DNA of 24,000 nucleotides from Erwinia phage vB_EamM_Yoloswag: sequence record KY448244.1, one strand, 5' to 3'. The position numbers and the translations under genes were made by a program. Of this stretch, positions 1 to 7,935 are shown piece by piece. How positions within the stretch are numbered: the first letter of the stretch is position 1; each line of letters starts with the position of its first letter. Under the pieces are notes generated by a model. That model saw only the letters and a program-made list of their open reading frames with translations, had not been told where the DNA came from and did not search any database.

Positions 1-1
1 G

Positions 2-370
2 ACTCGTTTGACTTCTCAAGTTCAAGGAATGCTGATTCAAGCCGAAGCTGAGAAGATACAAATGGTGGCCATGCCCCTCACCGCTTTTCCTAAGTTTAAA
101 GAGCACGCCAATCTAAACTATGTGCTTGATGAATTGAACGACTGGCGTTTATCCGAACTGTCTACTCTATCTCAAATCAGTCATGATTGGTTTGCTAGTG
201 ATGGAACACACTTTGATTATGTGTTGTTTATTCGTTGTCCTGAGGCTCGTCAGACAATGCGTACTTTTGATGCGGAAACAAACAAGCTGGTTGACGCCCG
301 TATGTTAAGTAGCTCGACCATCATCATGCCAAAAGATTTTGAGTTGTTTGATACCGAAATAGCAGAATAA
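2..370 (+). CDS. hypothetical protein, 5' end probably outside window (open to window edge; internal TTG at 8 / ATG at 29 possible)
   Basis: Open frame to window start, followed by a terminator-like hairpin. Confidence 0.6.
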   Translation, partial: TRLTSQVQGMLIQAEAEKIQMVAMPLTAFPKFKEHANLNYVLDELNDWRLSELSTLSQISHDWFASDGTHFDYVLFIRCPEARQTMRTFDAETNKLVDARMLSSSTIIMPKDFELFDTEIAE

Positions 371-378
371 AAATATCT

Positions 379-404
379 AGCGCCTGCACAAGCAGGCGCT
401 TTGC
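379..404 (+). terminator. hairpin AGCGCCTGC-ACAA-GCAGGCGCT followed by TTGCTT
   Basis: 9-bp perfect GC-rich stem directly after the CDS stop; short T tract. Confidence 0.6.
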
Positions 405-429
405 TTATACACTGTCTGAGGAGACGGAA

Positions 430-921
430 ATGAATACAACGCATAAATTCGACGATGAATCAAACACAGCCATTAGCCTTGCTGTTGAGGCCGCACAAAA
501 GCTGATCGGTGATCTCAACATGCAGTCAATTGACGTTGCTATCACTGGTGCTCGCGTGTATCTCACTGTTGCTGATATGCTTGGCGGTCATTTGCAGCAA
601 GCCAGTTTTATCTTTAACGGCCAGCTCGTAACTGTGGTCATCAACGTTAAGCAAGCTGATGACGCTGAGGAATTTGTCTCAAACGAAATTGATCGCAATT
701 TTCAGATGGAACTCGGCGACCTACTGATCGGCACTATGGACGAAGCTGTTGATGAAGGAGTTATCAGCGGTTACGAACAAGGTGCGATGTTTATCGCTGC
801 CCTGTCCTTGATGTATATCGGACTCAAGAACAGCGGCATTACGGAACTCAGATTCCGACACAGCAAGAAAAACTACGTTTCACACATTACCCTTATGCCA
901 GAGGAAACTGAATCAAAATGA
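430..921 (+). CDS. hypothetical protein (163 aa)
   Basis: ATG preceded by GAGGAGAC; full-length ORF; overlaps the next gene. Confidence 0.8.
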   Translation: MNTTHKFDDESNTAISLAVEAAQKLIGDLNMQSIDVAITGARVYLTVADMLGGHLQQASFIFNGQLVTVVINVKQADDAEEFVSNEIDRNFQMELGDLLIGTMDEAVDEGVISGYEQGAMFIAALSLMYIGLKNSGITELRFRHSKKNYVSHITLMPEETESK

Positions 922-1106
922 AAACCGTGAACGAGTTGGTAAAGCAATTAAAGCAGTCCAATTCTATCGTATTAACCGAATCAGTGGCAGACAGTGTTCT
1001 GCCCGATTTAAAATTCACCCTTGATGTGTTGTGTATGAATTACCGTCTGCGTCAAATCGATACACTCAGCGGAGGGCGCCAGACGAAAATTGAATTACGC
1101 AGTTAA
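918..1106 (+). CDS. small hypothetical protein (62 aa)
   Basis: ATGA overlap with the upstream gene suggests translational coupling. Confidence 0.6.
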   Translation: MKTVNELVKQLKQSNSIVLTESVADSVLPDLKFTLDVLCMNYRLRQIDTLSGGRQTKIELRS

Positions 1107-1120
1107 CTGAACTACCCTTT

Positions 1121-1204
1121 GGCCTTACGTTATTTATCCATCCCTCCTGACAGAGGTTGCGTAAGGTCCTTTTTAAAGCGTGTTTTCGAGCGTGCTTTAA
1201 AAAG
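1121..1204 (+). ncRNA. structured unit A: (GG)CCTTACG...CCTC-ctgaca-GAGG...CGTAAGG, then CTTTTTAAAGC-N14-GCTTTAAAAAG
   Basis: 7-bp stem 1123-1129/1160-1166 with inner 4-bp hairpin, then 11-bp perfect inverted repeat 1169-1179/1194-1204. Confidence 0.5.
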
Positions 1205-1257
1205 CTGATAACTAGAAAACTCACCTTCTAGTTGGTACGTGAAAGCTGCAAATCTGC

Positions 1258-1306
1258 GGTCAAAACAGTGCTAGCAACAAGCGAAACGCTGTGCTACAAT
1301 ATATGT
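1258..1306 (+). promoter_or_regulatory. candidate promoter: GGTCAAAA (1258-1265), extended -10 TGCTACAAT (TACAAT 1295-1300)
   Basis: Same architecture as candidates near 2974, 15411 and 19720. Confidence 0.5.
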
Positions 1307-1351
1307 GCAGCATGTCGTGTGCTGTAACATCGAGGAAACTTGCTAGTCTTT

Positions 1352-1431
1352 GAGTCTCTATCTATATGTGCGGCCATGCACTGATATGAGACTCCTTTTT
1401 AAAACAGGTTCAATGAGCCTAGTTTAAAAAG
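1352..1431 (+). ncRNA. structured unit B: GAGTCTC-TATC...GTGC-ggccat-GCAC...GATA-t-GAGACTC, then CTTTTTAAAACAGG...CCTaGTTTAAAAAG
   Basis: Outer stem 1352-1358/1388-1394, inner stem 1368-1371/1378-1381, second hairpin 1395-1408/1418-1431. Confidence 0.5.
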
Positions 1432-1483
1432 CAATTAAAGCCAAGAGACTTCAACCCACTACTTGGTTAGTAACACCTCTGGT

Positions 1484-1553
1484 GCCAGGTCGGCGGCTGC
1501 ATCCCAGAGACTGGGGCCTGGCTCCCTTTTTAAAGCTGATTTTGATTAGTCAG
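1484..1553 (+). ncRNA. structured unit C: GCCAGG...CCCAG-aga-CTGGG-g-CCTGGC, then CTTTTTAAAGC
   Basis: Stems 1484-1489/1517-1522 and 1503-1507/1511-1515, CTTTTTAAAGC at 1526-1536. Confidence 0.5.
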
Positions 1554-1560
1554 TTTTCGA

Positions 1561-1631
1561 AAGGGTTCGATACCCTTGAGCGCATTTGGATTTACGCGGT
1601 TTTCACCAACTGTGCTCTCATATTAAACCGC
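1561..1631 (+). promoter_or_regulatory. T-arm-like hairpin followed by candidate H-type pseudoknot in the 5' leader of the 1645 gene
   Basis: AAGGG-TTCGATA-CCCTT (1561-1577); S1 1578-1589/1606-1617; S2 GCGGTTT 1596-1602/AAACCGC 1625-1631; SD and ATG follow. Confidence 0.45.
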
Positions 1632-1644
1632 AAAGGAAATAACA

Positions 1645-2358
1645 ATGCCTACATTACGCAAACCTCGTCCAGCAGATAAGTTCTCTCAAGCTCGCGCCGC
1701 CAAGAACTCTCCTGAACGTCAAGAAGCAGCCAAGAAGAAAGTGCCACGCGGTCCTAAATCAGCAGGCCCTCGTCGCAATACTGTCCAAGTGGAACGCGCT
1801 GCTACGATACGCGACGAGGACCGTGTTGTAAACCTCGTGCTGTTTATCTTACGTGGTTGGAAACAAGCTAAGGCGGATAGTGAAGCCAGCGCTGCACAGG
1901 GCATCATTAAGGTAAGTCGTCGTGAAATCGAACTAGCTTTACGCGATCTCAAAAACACGCGTTTCACTAAAATCCCGACACTGATTAACGATGTGTTGGT
2001 CTACAACGAAATCGTAAATGAGTTTGGTCAGTGGGTGTACGTAGAGCATGATAGTCCTGACTGGATGTTCATCTTAACGCCAGATCGTGAAACGCTTGTG
2101 ACACGCTGTCGCATTCGCCGCAATAAAGAGACAGACGACCTGACACAGCTCATATCCTCAGAAGTTCTGTTGAAAGATTGGAGCGAAGAAGAGGTAGAGA
2201 TAGACGTCTCAGAAGAAGGCGAGGAGTATCAATCATGGACCCTCAGCCAACTTCAAAACTTTGCTAAAGCCGAAGGTTACATGGGCATCAAAGATGAAGG
2301 ATGGAACGATCGTTCAGCACTCATTGCTCGAATCATCAACAAGGGCGCAATCAAATGA
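1645..2358 (+). CDS. hypothetical protein (237 aa), basic N-terminus, acidic stretch, possible SAP/HeH-like C-terminal helix pair
   Basis: AAAGGAA SD, ATG; C-terminus WTLSQLQNFAKAEGYMG...RSALIARII. Confidence 0.8.
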   Translation: MPTLRKPRPADKFSQARAAKNSPERQEAAKKKVPRGPKSAGPRRNTVQVERAATIRDEDRVVNLVLFILRGWKQAKADSEASAAQGIIKVSRREIELALRDLKNTRFTKIPTLINDVLVYNEIVNEFGQWVYVEHDSPDWMFILTPDRETLVTRCRIRRNKETDDLTQLISSEVLLKDWSEEEVEIDVSEEGEEYQSWTLSQLQNFAKAEGYMGIKDEGWNDRSALIARIINKGAIK

Positions 2359-2684
2359 GTCTGACTATTCGTTCTGCCGCTGAGGCCGCCTCGATGATCG
2401 TAGAAAACGTTACTCTTTACTCTAATGAGAAAGAGTTCGAAACAATACTACCTCGCTTTAAAATGCCAGAGACGGCGATACGTCGAATTTCAGGACACGC
2501 TCGCATAATACCTGAAAGTTATATCGAACAATTGTCTGTAGAAATACAGCAACTCGATTGGATGCTGCTGCGATGTAGTGCAAAAGAATTTATCTTTATG
2601 CATTGTGATGTACCGTCAAACTGGACGACATTGAGTGCCAAGCGTGTGGCGCCAAATCATAGAGACGACTCAGTAGACGATTAA
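2355..2684 (+). CDS. hypothetical protein (110 aa)
   Basis: Start set at ATG 2355 (ATGA overlap) rather than the upstream alternative at 2301. Confidence 0.7.
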   Translation: MSLTIRSAAEAASMIVENVTLYSNEKEFETILPRFKMPETAIRRISGHARIIPESYIEQLSVEIQQLDWMLLRCSAKEFIFMHCDVPSNWTTLSAKRVAPNHRDDSVDD

Positions 2685-2725
2685 CTCTAATTGAGCAAGG
2701 ACGCATAATCTACAAATAGATGGTC

Positions 2726-2756
2726 AAAATAGCGGTAGATTTCTACCGCTATTTTT
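2726..2756 (+). terminator. intrinsic terminator AAAATAGCGGTAG-ATTT-CTACCGCTATTTTT
   Basis: 13-bp perfect stem with T run. Confidence 0.85.
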
Positions 2757-2758
2757 GA

Positions 2759-2919
2759 TACACTAGAGATCAAGCAGTACATCTTTTTAAAGTGTTCTAA
2801 GTGGGATTAGAGTGCTTTACAAAGAGCAAGACTTTTGACTGTGTGGCGGACTTCTAATGTCCGATGAATACGCGTTCAACGCCACACAGTCCTTTTTGCA
2901 GAGAGCACCATCTAGTGTA
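2759..2919 (+). ncRNA. candidate structured RNA closed by TACACTAGA/TCTAGTGTA with two internal helices
   Basis: 2759-2767/2911-2919; 2788-2800/2807-2819 (with G-U pairs); 2837-2848/2880-2891 with inner 2848-2851/2859-2862. Confidence 0.4.
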
Positions 2920-2922
2920 CTG

Positions 2923-2984
2923 TGCAAAACAGTGGTCAAAATGACCGTTGCTTTTAACCATGATTTTTCGTACTATTATATCTC
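2923..2984 (+). promoter_or_regulatory. candidate promoter: TGCAAAACAGTGGTCAAAATGAC box plus CGTACTATTAT -10 region (TATTAT 2974-2979)
   Basis: Exact 23-nt box also at 15363-15385; AT-rich -10; upstream of the 3039 gene. Confidence 0.5.
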
Positions 2985-3038
2985 TTGAGCAATAACGCTC
3001 AACGCTATATCATCTACTAATACTGAGGAGTATTAATT

Positions 3039-4658
3039 ATGGCACGTCTCGAAACTTCTTCAAACCTGGTTGGCAAATCTATCGTTCTGCTGAACGGCAC
3101 CAAAGCTAAAATTGTTGACGCTATCACAAGCGGCTACAAAACTGATAAGAGCGCGAAGCGTATCGCCACTCGCTGCGTTATCAAGAAGGGCACTGGTTAC
3201 GCAGAAATTGAACGTATGCCGCTGACCCAGCTTGTTGACACGGGTGAGGGTTATGTTGAAATCAAATCTGCTGACTCGAAAGCGCCTGCTAAAAAGACCG
3301 CTGCTAAGTCTACAGCAAAAGCATCAACCAAGACCACAACGAAAACTTCCGCCAAAAGCTCAACCAAAGCCGCAGCGAAAGCTGATAGCAAACCAGCAGC
3401 AAAAGCAAAAGCGCCTGCTAAAACAAAAGCAGCCGCTAAGAAAGAAGAAGCCGAAGCGCCGCGTAGTCGTGTTCGTCGTAAGTCTGCACAGCCGACTACT
3501 TTGACCGCTATTGATCAAGAGTTCACCGAAGCTCTGGTGATGCGTGTTGTTGAGCATTTGAAATCAGGCAATCTGCTGTCACTTGCTACTGACGGTGTTA
3601 CGCCGATTGATAACGCGTTTGAAGTTACTTATGATGCGCAGTATGCAGCGCCGAATCAATTGCAGTTTACTATCGGTGTTGAGTATGCGATGCCGCAGCA
3701 AGCCGCTGCAAACGATGCAGTAGAAATCAGCGCAGAAGTGCTGGAGCGTGCTGCTAAGAAAGTCGGCAAGACCATCGGCAAGAAACTTGCTGCTGCTATC
3801 AAGTCTGCGTACGGCGTAGACAGTGCGAAAGACCTGCTTGCTGGTACCGTACTGCGTCACGGCGATGATGAATTCATCTATATCGGTGCAAGTGCTGCCG
3901 ACGCTGATAAAGCGTATATGTACAACGCCGAGTCTGATAAGTTTCGTGCAGTAGCCGCTGCTAATCTGTCTAGCTATGAGCTGGTGGCTGACGAAGAACA
4001 AGACGAAGACGAAGAAGAGGAAGAAGAAGACGACAACGCTGACCTCGACTTTGAAGACGACGAAGAAGAAGAGGCTGATGACGAAGAAGCCGAAGAAGAG
4101 GAAGAGGACGAGGAAGAAGAAGCCGAAGAAGAAGAAGACGGCGAAGAATCTGAACCTGAATATTCTTATCGTTCAATCTCGAAAGATGAATTGAGCCTCG
4201 TCAATAAGAAAGTAACTGCTAAGTATGTGGCGCAACTTGCTGAACAGTGGTCGCTTGATGTTGAAGCTCTGGTGCCTGGTCTGATTGTGTCAGACGGCGA
4301 AACCGAGTTCGCATATGTCGGCTTCGACTCTAAAGGCGGTCTGGTAGTTATCGATACACAAGACGGCGAAGCGATGGTCTACGCTAAAGCACAGGTTAAA
4401 TCGCTGACTGAGTTTGCCGCTGTGTTGGGCGACGACGAGACCTCTGACGAAGAAGCAGAAGAGGAAGAAGTTGAAGACGAAGAAGACGAAGAAGAAGACG
4501 GCGACGATGATTTTGACTTCGATGATGCCGACTCTGCTGACCTCGATGATATGTCAGAAGATGAATTGCGTGATAAAGTGATTCAAGCAGGTCTGACTAC
4601 CGTACGCAAAGCTGGTCGCATGAACGAAGATGAATTACGCGAACTGCTGGCTGACTAA
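3039..4658 (+). CDS. hypothetical acidic phage protein (539 aa): Lys/Ala/Pro-rich segment, two related ~85-aa domains, Asp/Glu-rich linkers, C-terminal EDELR module
   Basis: GAGGAG SD; continuous ORF; composition and internal similarity seen in the translation. Confidence 0.85.
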   Translation: MARLETSSNLVGKSIVLLNGTKAKIVDAITSGYKTDKSAKRIATRCVIKKGTGYAEIERMPLTQLVDTGEGYVEIKSADSKAPAKKTAAKSTAKASTKTTTKTSAKSSTKAAAKADSKPAAKAKAPAKTKAAAKKEEAEAPRSRVRRKSAQPTTLTAIDQEFTEALVMRVVEHLKSGNLLSLATDGVTPIDNAFEVTYDAQYAAPNQLQFTIGVEYAMPQQAAANDAVEISAEVLERAAKKVGKTIGKKLAAAIKSAYGVDSAKDLLAGTVLRHGDDEFIYIGASAADADKAYMYNAESDKFRAVAAANLSSYELVADEEQDEDEEEEEEDDNADLDFEDDEEEEADDEEAEEEEEDEEEEAEEEEDGEESEPEYSYRSISKDELSLVNKKVTAKYVAQLAEQWSLDVEALVPGLIVSDGETEFAYVGFDSKGGLVVIDTQDGEAMVYAKAQVKSLTEFAAVLGDDETSDEEAEEEEVEDEEDEEEDGDDDFDFDDADSADLDDMSEDELRDKVIQAGLTTVRKAGRMNEDELRELLAD

Positions 4659-4669
4659 CTGATACACAT

Positions 4670-4692
4670 GCGCCCTTCGGGGCGCTTTACTT
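4670..4692 (+). terminator. GCGCCC-TTCG-GGGCGC hairpin followed by TTTACTT
   Basis: UUCG tetraloop hairpin right after the stop codon. Confidence 0.6.
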
Positions 4693-4726
4693 ATTCATTC
4701 AAACAATCAAACGAGAGATTACGATT

Positions 4727-5806
4727 ATGGCCAAAGCTATATCCTCTGCAAACACCAACTTGTTAAACGCCCGTGTTGTTCGTGCTGACGGCACAAAGAC
4801 ATTCATCAACAAAGTCAATGCTCGTGGTTACAGCACTGATGCGAAAGGACCTCAGATTCCTATGCTGCGTCTTGTACAAAGCGGTCGCACGCTGAAAGAG
4901 ATTCCAGAAGCGTATGACAAAGCTGCGTGCATCATTAGTGATGGCATCGTGTTCAAACTGAACCGCAAGCAACAACGCCAGCTTGCTGATAACGAGATCG
5001 ACAATAAAGAGTTTCGCGTAGACCTCGATCGCTTGCAGTTTGTTACTGACGCGCCCACTAAAGTGCAGCGCATGGCTGTACGACACACTCCTAAAGCAGA
5101 GTCTGTTAAAGCAGACAAGCGCCCGACTGCTAAACGCGTGCGCAAGCAAGCGAAAGCCGAAGGCATTGAAGTAGATATGTTGACCAAGAAAACACAGACG
5201 GCGTCTCGCAAGAACAAGAAAGAAAAAGATGTGCCTGCTGATTTCATCAAGCAGATGCCACGCGAGATCAAACGATTGATTCAAGACGGTGAGTTCAAAC
5301 TCAATCGCAAACAAATCGAAGCTGTGTTGAGTGCGTTAGGCGTTGACAGCGCATTCTATGCAGTCGCTGTTGAGCGTTATTTAGACGGTATGTCACTGCG
5401 TTTACCCCAGCAAGACAAGTCGAAAGCAGGTAAGCGAAGCAAAGCTATCACACCTGTATATGCTGACCAGCGTGAATACAAAAAGCTGTTTCGAAAACTG
5501 AAAACAAAAGTTGTTGTGCCGACCAAGAAGTTTGAAGCACAGCACAAACTAAAAGTGCGCGAAGTAAGAAAGTTCTGGCAGGAAGCTCTTGGTCTGTCTA
5601 GCCCTGCTGATATTAAGAAAGGACTCATGGTCATTGATGACTATGGAGATAAGTTGATGCTGGTCACTATCGATCAAGTATCAACTATCTTTGTGAAAGC
5701 AGACGGTAGTGGTGAACGTCTGATGGCTCACGCCTTGCTTAATCACAAAAGCGGGCTTGGTAAATTCACATTGGCTCCTGCCGATGAACTGGATGCTAGC
5801 GCATGA
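4727..5806 (+). CDS. hypothetical basic protein (359 aa)
   Basis: Long ORF with an SD-like GAGAG upstream. Confidence 0.85.
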   Translation: MAKAISSANTNLLNARVVRADGTKTFINKVNARGYSTDAKGPQIPMLRLVQSGRTLKEIPEAYDKAACIISDGIVFKLNRKQQRQLADNEIDNKEFRVDLDRLQFVTDAPTKVQRMAVRHTPKAESVKADKRPTAKRVRKQAKAEGIEVDMLTKKTQTASRKNKKEKDVPADFIKQMPREIKRLIQDGEFKLNRKQIEAVLSALGVDSAFYAVAVERYLDGMSLRLPQQDKSKAGKRSKAITPVYADQREYKKLFRKLKTKVVVPTKKFEAQHKLKVREVRKFWQEALGLSSPADIKKGLMVIDDYGDKLMLVTIDQVSTIFVKADGSGERLMAHALLNHKSGLGKFTLAPADELDASA

Positions 5807-6204
5807 ATGAAAAAACGAAGTTCGCAAAGAATGTTATCGCGGGCGCTGTTGCCCAAACCTATAGCCGTCTAACGTTGGCGGCAAGTCAAGGTCTGTTTCT
5901 CTACTATCAAGACCTATGCCCCATCATGTATGGGATGCATTTTGATCGTCTCAGTGAAGACCAGTCAGAAGCACTTTGGCAGTTACTTGCAGTCACCATG
6001 GAACTAGACGCGGCGGCGGGCAGATTGCCTCTTGCTGCCTTGTTTGTCAGTCGTCGTAAGGGCGAACATCAACCAAGAGCCGCGTTCTATGAAGTATATA
6101 AAAAGCTGTATGGCGAAACGCTTGATGCCGAAGGCTGGCGCAAACTAGTCGAGCGCATCTGGCAATCATACGCCATGCCTCCCGAACTGTTGGAGCGATT
6201 ATGA
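5803..6204 (+). CDS. hypothetical protein (133 aa)
   Basis: ATGA overlap with the upstream ORF. Confidence 0.75.
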   Translation: MNEKTKFAKNVIAGAVAQTYSRLTLAASQGLFLYYQDLCPIMYGMHFDRLSEDQSEALWQLLAVTMELDAAAGRLPLAALFVSRRKGEHQPRAAFYEVYKKLYGETLDAEGWRKLVERIWQSYAMPPELLERL

Positions 6205-6668
6205 AACAACCGAAGAAGATTTCAATCAGTCGTTCGTCTATGCGCCCTGAACAACGTGACCACAAGCTGGCAAACGTTGTGAACTTTCTTTTGGGTACGA
6301 TTGGTACTCAAGCTACTATGGTCAGTCAGACCATGTTGCTAAACACAGCTAACTATCACTGGCTTACCTCAGTATCAGACACTCGAAGCGATACAAAAGA
6401 AAATCGCCGTGTGTTGCACAAAACTGTAAAAGATCTAAACGCGTATTGTAGAAAGAATAAAATACCGTTGGGATTACTAATTATGCCGCATACCTCAGCG
6501 TCTGATTCGTCTGGGGATGATGTGTGTGCCATACCGTGGACGCATGTTAAAGCAAGTGCAGCACAGCGCAGCGCAATCAATTCACTATTCGCACTAAGCA
6601 TGAATGATTATGGCGAACAGTTTGTGCGAGACGCAAAAACTGATTCAGAGGGCAGCGATGTTTTATAA
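6201..6668 (+). CDS. hypothetical protein (155 aa)
   Basis: ATGA overlap. Confidence 0.7.
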   Translation: MKQPKKISISRSSMRPEQRDHKLANVVNFLLGTIGTQATMVSQTMLLNTANYHWLTSVSDTRSDTKENRRVLHKTVKDLNAYCRKNKIPLGLLIMPHTSASDSSGDDVCAIPWTHVKASAAQRSAINSLFALSMNDYGEQFVRDAKTDSEGSDVL

Positions 6669-7911
6669 ATCAATCTTCACAACGGAAGAGCAGAACCTTT
6701 TTCTGCAACTAATGCAGTGGCGCTTAATCCCGAATGAAGTTCCGAAGTTTATGGAAAGTTCGCAGTGTGTGATGAAAGTCCGACACAGCATCATTCGTTA
6801 CAATCAAGCGAGTCAGGTGGTGGCAAACATCCTGCCTCGTATAGCACCTCGTACTGTACTGCGTATTGTCAGTGAAGTGCGTGCAGGCAATCTTGGTCTG
6901 CCGCTCACTCAACTTGCTGTGTTGTTTGAGCTTGGCATGGGCGTTCCTAAGCAGCGCGACATTGCACGCTATATTCGTGCGTATGACCCACAAGAAGATC
7001 ATGAAGGTCGTACACTGAAACATATACGCAAGATGATTGTGCAGTATCAGCGCAATCTCAAGCGCAGCCTGTACAACATTCAGTATCTGCCACCAGCACC
7101 ATACGTTGCTCAGATGTTGAAGCTCCAGCAGTTTGTTCATCTGCGAGAAGGCGGCTACAAGCACAAGGTCAAAGTACCAGACGGTCTGCCTGTCGTGCTG
7201 ATCTATGCAAACGACAAAGTTGCCGAAGCACAGTTTACACTAACTGATGCCTTTATGATTAGCCCTCTTGGTTATCCCGTGCCGTTTGCTAACATCGCAA
7301 TGCGCAAGGAGTTTGGTGCTGTCAAGACTTTTCAGAGTCGTGCGCTGCAAGGCAAGGGAATGTACAGCATGGTGTTTGGTGTTGTCTATTGGTCTGGTCA
7401 AAAGACAACAGCGATGATGCGCCAACTGCGTTGTCTCGACACAGAAGAAAGCTATGCTGTGTTGTTCGACAACTATCCTGAATTGTGCAGTGAGGAATTG
7501 CTTGAGTCGTATCAATACAAGCGCACTGATACCGAACAGCACATCGCAGCACTGGAAACTGTAAAAGAATTTCGTGACCAACGTAGTCTGACACCCAAGC
7601 AGCAACGTCGCCTTGATCGTGCAAATGAATACTTTGCCGTTCGCAGTGAAGCTCTTGGTGATCTTGAGAAATTGGAGAAACGTGAGGCGCGTAATCTCGA
7701 AAAGACAGGGCCTGTAGCCACAGCACGTTTTTGTGCAATTGACGCAGGTACCATCGAAGACCGAGATACCTTTACCAGTGTGAAGAACCCTATTGAGAAA
7801 GTTGAAACTGTGTTAGCGCGTTGGGGATTTGAAACCCTAGGCAAAGCCGCTGATCGCAGTTCTGTCCTGACTTATACGAGCGCACCGAAGGGTCGCTGTT
7901 GGTCACTATAA
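6658..7911 (+). CDS. hypothetical protein (about 417 aa)
   Basis: ATG 6658 (MFYKSIFTT) preferred over the 6604 start, which overlaps the previous gene by 65 nt. Confidence 0.8.
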   Translation: MFYKSIFTTEEQNLFLQLMQWRLIPNEVPKFMESSQCVMKVRHSIIRYNQASQVVANILPRIAPRTVLRIVSEVRAGNLGLPLTQLAVLFELGMGVPKQRDIARYIRAYDPQEDHEGRTLKHIRKMIVQYQRNLKRSLYNIQYLPPAPYVAQMLKLQQFVHLREGGYKHKVKVPDGLPVVLIYANDKVAEAQFTLTDAFMISPLGYPVPFANIAMRKEFGAVKTFQSRALQGKGMYSMVFGVVYWSGQKTTAMMRQLRCLDTEESYAVLFDNYPELCSEELLESYQYKRTDTEQHIAALETVKEFRDQRSLTPKQQRRLDRANEYFAVRSEALGDLEKLEKREARNLEKTGPVATARFCAIDAGTIEDRDTFTSVKNPIEKVETVLARWGFETLGKAADRSSVLTYTSAPKGRCWSL

Positions 7912-7935
7912 CGTTATATCTGAGGAGATACAAAG

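Noticed and set aside
1561-1584. Possible tRNA gene from the T-arm-like hairpin
   Set aside because: No matching 5' acceptor strand, D-arm or anticodon arm at tRNA spacing upstream; the 7 nt after the arm pair downstream instead.
1482-1679. 65-aa ORF overlapping structured unit C and the pseudoknot
   Set aside because: Overlaps stable RNA structures and the start of the 1645 gene; no clear SD, and low-complexity-free but unsupported sequence.
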